IMG/VR virus record: IMGVR_UViG_3300042874_000086
Coordinates: 25,673 to 89,672 of that record
Length of the DNA: 64,000 nt
Source: a virus
Reading direction: 5' to 3' (one strand)
In this document: piece after piece, positions 59,457 to 64,000 of the stretch
Layout: each line of letters starts with the position of its first letter
Numbering within the stretch: position 1 is the stretch's first letter
The notes under the pieces: model-generated
What the model was told of the DNA's origin: nothing
Databases searched by the model: none
Seen by the model: only the letters and a program-made list of their open reading frames with translations
Made by a program: the position numbers and the translations under genes

Positions 59457-60029
59457 TTAATGTTTTTCAAAAAAGATTGGAGTACCTTCGTTGCATTTCT
59501 GCATACACCAAGTACACCCCTCACCGCAATACCGTTCACCTTTATCCTCAAGTGTATCTGGGCAAACGAACCCCCCACAACTTTTAGCAACTTCGGAGAT
59601 ACCCTTACCAAAATTTATAATACCACTACCTAAACTGTTGTGAACTACACAATTGGGTAGTGCCATAATTTTAGAGAAATCAAAATCTTGCATACGTTTT
59701 GTGTAAGTGTAAAAAATAATTTCAGGGTGTTTTCGTGCAATTTTTTCCCACTTGTCAATATACTTTTGGGAATAAAATTCACCTGAAGCATGAATACGAA
59801 CGTACTTAAATTTGTTATGAATAACAATATGGGAATCAAAGTTTTCAGCTTGGCTAGCCTCATACATCCGATTATTATAATCAGCTACCACAGGGCGTAA
59901 CTTCTGCATTTTCATAGCATAACATCCTTTACACTCTCTACCACATACTTCCATACCTGCGGTGATTGACCAAACACCTATGTGTTTTGCCAACTTTTTA
60001 TTACCGTCTTTCAGTTTTATTACTAACAT
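59457..60029 (-). CDS. GP88-like phage protein (Cys-rich, radical-SAM-like)
   Basis: GNKKL...C...C..CYA...VRIHASGEFYS...FYTYTK...CP...C...C..C. Confidence 0.7.
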   Translation of the reverse strand: MLVIKLKDGNKKLAKHIGVWSITAGMEVCGRECKGCYAMKMQKLRPVVADYNNRMYEASQAENFDSHIVIHNKFKYVRIHASGEFYSQKYIDKWEKIARKHPEIIFYTYTKRMQDFDFSKIMALPNCVVHNSLGSGIINFGKGISEVAKSCGGFVCPDTLEDKGERYCGEGCTWCMQKCNEGTPIFFEKH

Positions 60030-60072
60030 TTCATTTTACCACCTTTATATTTTTAGTTCCACATGGAACTTT

Positions 60073-60393
60073 TTAGCAACACGAACCTTTACGGAACGAA
60101 TCCAAATAAACCTTGCTACCTTTTTCTTTACGTATAGACTCATATAAGTCGTTGGCATACCTCCTACGGTCTGTTTCAATATCTACTTGTTTCGATAGGG
60201 ATATACAATTTTCTTGTAGTGTTAAACAATACCTTCGGAGTTTATTCAAATCTCCCATTTTAATTGTTATTTCACTCTCTGGTACATTAACCTTGTAAGC
60301 GTCTTCAATAGCTTGAAGGATACTTGGAATTTCCTCAAATTTCATTATAGCCCCCTTGAATTTCAGTATGTGACCATACGTAGACCTCTGCAA
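60073..60393 (-). CDS. Hypothetical coiled-coil protein (likely ATG start near 60345)
   Basis: AAGGGGG RBS before MKFEEIP. Confidence 0.5.
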   Translation of the reverse strand: MQRSTYGHILKFKGAIMKFEEIPSILQAIEDAYKVNVPESEITIKMGDLNKLRRYCLTLQENCISLSKQVDIETDRRRYANDLYESIRKEKGSKVYLDSFRKGSCC

Positions 60394-60511
60394 AATTTGT
60401 ATTACAGGTTAAACATTCCAAACATTCAGTGATAGTACTAGCACCGTAAATAGTATCAGTGACATGTACGTTACTTGAGCCACAGTTAGGGCAAGTATTA
60501 ATTTCATTCAT
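60335..60511 (-). CDS. Small Zn-ribbon protein (58 aa; not in the ORF track)
   Basis: Hand translation: MNEINTCPNCGS...CLECLTCN; GGAGG RBS. Confidence 0.6.
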   Translation of the reverse strand: MNEINTCPNCGSSNVHVTDTIYGASTITECLECLTCNTNFAEVYVWSHTEIQGGYNEI

Positions 60512-60853
60512 TTAGTCCTCCAAAGTTCTATTATATTTTATATCAAACGATTCATCATATTCCGCCTCTGCCTCTTCAAGCAACAAGCCCCCCTCGATGA
60601 ATTGCTCACCTTCCCAAACTTCGAAACGAGCTTCCAAATACTTGTAGTCGGCGGTATCTAAAGTTACCTCACAATCCTCTTCAGGGGTGAATAAAGAAAC
60701 CTCATTAGGTAAATACCCACTGTCCTCAATCAAATCTTGAAGGAGTGGAATAACCCACTCATCATCAGATTTTTCCCACTCGTATTCCCAAACAGAAATT
60801 CCTCTGTTCCCATCAATGTCCGCACCGTAATTTTTATCATTGTACCAAATCAT
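60512..60853 (-). CDS. Acidic hypothetical protein
   Basis: YGADIDGNRG motif; AAGGGG RBS. Confidence 0.55.
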   Translation of the reverse strand: MIWYNDKNYGADIDGNRGISVWEYEWEKSDDEWVIPLLQDLIEDSGYLPNEVSLFTPEEDCEVTLDTADYKYLEARFEVWEGEQFIEGGLLLEEAEAEYDESFDIKYNRTLED

Positions 60854-60896
60854 TTTAAACCCCTTTAGAATTTTTTAAGTTACTGGCTACTTGTTT

Positions 60897-61409
60897 TTAT
60901 AAGTAGTCCTTTCCTATAATACGTCTTAATTCAGTTTCTTGTTCTGACCATGCAGATGACCATGCAGATGACCATGCCGCTGACCGTGCCGCTGAATCTG
61001 CAGCTGAATCTGCCGCTGACCATGCAGATGACCATGCCGCTGACCGTGCCGCTGACCGTGCCGCTGAATCTGCAGCTGACCGTGCCGCTGACCGTGCAGC
61101 TAATCTAATATCATCATTTCCTGTTTCAAGCCAATCGATAATTAAGTCATAATTTTCTTCGGAGCAATATGGTTTAATCTTATCAATATTCTGCATTGCA
61201 CAAAATCTGGCAAACGCACCTATCTCTTCATTGTGCCCTTCTATAGCCCTAAAACACCAAATTGCGTCTTCGATTCCATTGCTATTTAAAATGGTTAAAA
61301 GTGATAGTTCTTCATCGTCTGCCTTAGTTTTTCCAAGTGTTTTTAAAAGCTTTTCCCATCCGTCTCTGCAGGGAGAATGCTCTCTTATTTTATTTAGTGT
61401 TGTTTTCAT
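60897..61409 (-). CDS. Phage protein with Ala-rich tetrapeptide repeats
   Basis: TTLNKIREHSPC.DGWEKLL..LGK N-terminus; 12-bp repeats (SAAR/SAAD/SSAW) at about 60945-61100. Confidence 0.7.
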   Translation of the reverse strand: MKTTLNKIREHSPCRDGWEKLLKTLGKTKADDEELSLLTILNSNGIEDAIWCFRAIEGHNEEIGAFARFCAMQNIDKIKPYCSEENYDLIIDWLETGNDDIRLAARSAARSAADSAARSAARSAAWSSAWSAADSAADSAARSAAWSSAWSSAWSEQETELRRIIGKDYL

Positions 61410-61440
61410 AAGTAGTCCTTTCCACGTACGTCAAAATCAA

Positions 61441-61671
61441 TTACCCCCGAACTTGAATAACACGTTTAATAATATGCTGCAACCTTGAAGTAATACTGGA
61501 GTATTTTTCAAGGTTAAACCATTGTTCTGTGTTATTCTCACGAAACATTTGAGTATTGTATGAATACACAATATAAGTATCCCCATGCCATACAGCATAC
61601 GCAGAATTTCCTGTGAACACCTGACGATTTTTTATAAGGTCTGGAATTTGTTTATAATTAACCTGTGCCAT
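61441..61671 (-). CDS. Conserved phage hypothetical protein
   Basis: YIVYSYNT...KYSSITSRLQ. Confidence 0.6.
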   Translation of the reverse strand: MAQVNYKQIPDLIKNRQVFTGNSAYAVWHGDTYIVYSYNTQMFRENNTEQWFNLEKYSSITSRLQHIIKRVIQVRG

Positions 61672-61805
61672 TTTAAACCCCTTTATTTAATAGTTCCATG
61701 TGGAACTTTTTCTATTATTAGAGGGAGTTGAATTTTTCCCTTTAACACCCTAATTATACCCTATTCAAATAACATTATAACCCCCTTAGGAATTTTGAGA
61801 ATCCA

Positions 61806-62072
61806 TTAAAGAGGGGTCTCGAATTTTAAGGTTTCTATAAGAGATTCAAACGGAATTTCAGCGAACCCATAAAACTCATCTTCAACATAATTTGCAATAA
61901 AAGACGTGCAACATAAATCAACCTTAAAGTATTCTTGTAAATCCTTTAAAGACCAACAACAAATCCCCCAAGAATTGTCTGAATCACCCACTGGACGAGG
62001 CGAAAACTTAGCAGTATACTGTATAGCGTCCACCGCAACACTTTCCACAATTTGATAATACATGTGAACCAC
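61806..62072 (-). CDS. Hypothetical protein
   Basis: AAGGGG RBS; palindrome upstream. Confidence 0.45.
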   Translation of the reverse strand: MVHMYYQIVESVAVDAIQYTAKFSPRPVGDSDNSWGICCWSLKDLQEYFKVDLCCTSFIANYVEDEFYGFAEIPFESLIETLKFETPL

Positions 62073-62313
62073 CCCTTTATCACTTTAAAAAGTTCCACAT
62101 AGAACTTTTATTACTCTCTAAATCCCCCCAAAAATTCCTTTTAGGTGGGTACTATAGTACCTTTTAAGGCACCTTTAAACCCTACATGATTTATTTTCCA
62201 CTCTCAAAGGTAACTTCAAAGTACTTTCGTATACCGAGGTTACCTTGAAGTTCCCTTGAAGGACTGTGAACCTCACCATAAAAATTTTTTTATACGGTTT
62301 TCCGTATGTTTTG

Positions 62314-62442
62314 TCAGAACCCTAAGTGGTCGTTTAAGGTTTTTTTAAGGTTACCTTCAAATTTGTTTAAGGTTACTAAAATTACCTTTAAAGTTACCAT
62401 TAAGGTTACTCCAATTATTATCCAAGTTGCTACAAACTCCAT
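62314..62442 (-). CDS. Small membrane peptide (42 aa; not in the ORF track)
   Basis: Hand translation: MEFVATWIIIGVTLMVTLKVILVTLNKFEG...; AAGGGGTTTAAA-ATG RBS. Confidence 0.5.
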   Translation of the reverse strand: MEFVATWIIIGVTLMVTLKVILVTLNKFEGNLKKTLNDHLGF

Positions 62443-62483
62443 TTTAAACCCCTTTATGTTACCTTAAAAGTTCCATGTGGAAC

Positions 62484-62720
62484 TTATTTGCTTACCGTGA
62501 TAGACTTCAACTCTGCCTTTAGGGTACGTGCAAGTTCCCCTCGGTACCCACTAGCATTACTTAAAAAGCGCAATACGACACTATAAGTCCCATCAAGACC
62601 GTAGTCGTCCCTCTCCATCGCTTTAAGGTAAGGTTCAGCATACACTGATACCTTTTTCCAATCCTTTCTAATTGCTCGAGCGATACGTGCAAAGGCTATT
62701 CTTTCTGATATTTCGTTCAT
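62484..62720 (-). CDS. Conserved phage hypothetical protein
   Basis: IARAIRKDW...AEPYL.AM...YG.D...VVLRFLSNA..YRGE.AR..KAELK. Confidence 0.65.
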   Translation of the reverse strand: MNEISERIAFARIARAIRKDWKKVSVYAEPYLKAMERDDYGLDGTYSVVLRFLSNASGYRGELARTLKAELKSITVSK

Positions 62721-62856
62721 CTTAACCCCATTATCGTTTTGTTATATTTGTCTTGCAAATTTAGAAAGTTCCACATGGAACTCTCAAGGAACCTTCTAAA
62801 TTTTCAGAAGGCACTATAAATCTTTTGTAACCGTATTATTTATATTTGCATAGCAA

Positions 62857-62885
62857 ATTATAACATAACCTTAAGGAAATGTCAA
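62857..62885 (-). promoter_or_regulatory. sigma70 promoter
   Basis: TTGACA-N17-TATAAT. Confidence 0.85.
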
Positions 62886-63088
62886 GGTAACTTATGAGTG
62901 ACTAAAACTTTCTAAATTTTGTAGAACTTCCTAAAAATTACTAGAAAGCGGATAATGTATAACACATGGTATACATTATGTTCCTACAATAGTTCTATAT
63001 GGAACTTTTTTATTCCGTTATAGACGACTAGGAAAACAGAAACGGTTTCTGTGATTAACCGTTATTAACCATCTAGGTATGGTGGGCG

Positions 63089-63706
63089 TTACCCCACCAA
63101 ATCAAAAAATGAATTTTCGTATGCTAGAATGTGTGCTTCGATTTTGTCTCGCATAACATCGGTTAATGTCCCTTTGGTTTCCATCTCTCTTAGTGTCTCT
63201 CTCATTAGTGCGACGCTCTCATCAAATAATGTGAGAGTGGGATACTTTGCCGTACTGACAACGGCGTTACGTTGTACGTTCAATACTTCGCGAACGTCCT
63301 CTACGGTATCCGCTTTAACGTCCTCTACGGTATCCTCTACGGTATCCGCTTTAACGTCCTCTACGATACCCGCTACGGTATCCGCTTTAACTGGTGACTT
63401 AATCCCTCTTAGATAGTCATACAATTTAACAAAGCCGATTGTATTACAATAGCTAATGTCTATTTTATCGGCATAAGTGCGTAATATATTAATTGACGCA
63501 AACATTTTCTTAATATAACCTTCACTCCACACGTCAGCTAACTGAAGTTTAATTTCTTTTAACTCTTCAGTACCGAGCACGGTATCACCGGCTACTGTTA
63601 ACGCCCACTTAGACCCGCTCATTTCTGTTTTAGAAATCGCTACTGCAATTTTTTTTGCTTCTGCTACCGCTTTAATAACGTGTTGCGCCGTTGTTGTTGT
63701 TTTCAT
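63089..63706 (-). CDS. Early protein with VKADTVED repeats and a possible HTH
   Basis: First gene after the rightmost promoter; short tandem repeats at about 63295-63390. Confidence 0.6.
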   Translation of the reverse strand: MKTTTTAQHVIKAVAEAKKIAVAISKTEMSGSKWALTVAGDTVLGTEELKEIKLQLADVWSEGYIKKMFASINILRTYADKIDISYCNTIGFVKLYDYLRGIKSPVKADTVAGIVEDVKADTVEDTVEDVKADTVEDVREVLNVQRNAVVSTAKYPTLTLFDESVALMRETLREMETKGTLTDVMRDKIEAHILAYENSFFDLVG

Positions 63707-63748
63707 CTTTAACCCCTTTATGTTGTTGTTGCTTTTAATTCGAGTGTC

Positions 63749-63777
63749 ATTATAGTACGATAAAAAAATAATGTCAA
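63749..63777 (-). promoter_or_regulatory. sigma70 promoter
   Basis: TTGACA-N17-TATAAT. Confidence 0.85.
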
Positions 63778-64000
63778 GGGCATAACCTCCTTTTATAAAA
63801 AGTTCTATATGGAACCCCCTCTATCTTCAATAGTAAAAATAAATACTAACTAACAACTTAAAAGATACTTAAATGTAATATAAACGTGACCTTAAGGTGA
63901 CATCAGTGCTACCTGTGGTTACACTTAAGGTGTGTTTAAGGTTACTTTTATGCTAAAAGGGGGGAGGTTAAAGTTCCTTTAAGGTTACCAGTCGGCGCAC

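Larger units (their letters stand above)
50340..63816. repeat. 12 dispersed 16-bp palindromes, consensus AGTTCYAYRTRGAACY (parS-like)
   Basis: Copies start at 50340, 55128, 58306, 59074, 59420, 60055, 61692, 62091, 62469, 62767, 62991 and 63801; all are intergenic. Confidence 0.9.

Noticed and set aside
60945-61100. 12-bp GC-rich tandem repeats as a regulatory array
   Set aside because: They are in-frame Ala-rich coding repeats of a common phage protein type.
55128-63006. Palindromes as simple intrinsic terminators
   Set aside because: Flanking A/T tracts are suggestive, but the primary sequence is conserved, arm changes are non-compensatory, and most copies lie just before an RBS inside operons. 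Disfavoured, not excluded.
50340-63816. Palindromes as a CRISPR array
   Set aside because: Units are 16 bp, irregularly spaced from hundreds to thousands of bp with genes between them, and no cas genes are present.
1-64000. Stop-codon reassignment or a diversity-generating retroelement
   Set aside because: Genes are full length in the standard code. No reverse transcriptase or adenine-specific TR/VR pair was seen.

Overview
This 64 kb window is part of an AT-rich, lytic-looking tailed phage genome (siphovirus-like); no integrase, capsid or terminase gene is visible in it. Bases 1-25.2 kb (+ strand) hold the tape measure, tail-tip and fibre genes, a lysis region with a PAS-domain gene and two M15 peptidases, and a second structural block. 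Bases 25.2-48 kb hold replication and recombination genes: RuvC-like resolvase, PhoH, a ColE2-type Rep, flap exonuclease, dNMP kinase, SSB, acyl carrier protein, SbcCD-like pair, FliA-like sigma factor, primase, DnaB, ClpP, an SF2 helicase, and a family A DNA polymerase split by two group I introns that each carry an endonuclease. Bases 48-64 kb (- strand) are an early/accessory region with consensus sigma70 promoters, tRNA-Arg(CCT), a ~600 nt structured non-coding region and rIIA/rIIB. The most unusual signals are: (1) 12 intergenic parS-like 16-bp palindromes seen only in the early region; (2) a -1 frameshift cassette (SD, GGGAAAG, hairpin) joining a membrane anchor to a hidden transglycosylase domain; (3) a 31-52 bp element in three dispersed copies, one beside the Rep gene; (4) a candidate late-promoter motif ACGATTAT that also occurs in both introns. 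All calls come from reading motifs by eye; no database search was run.
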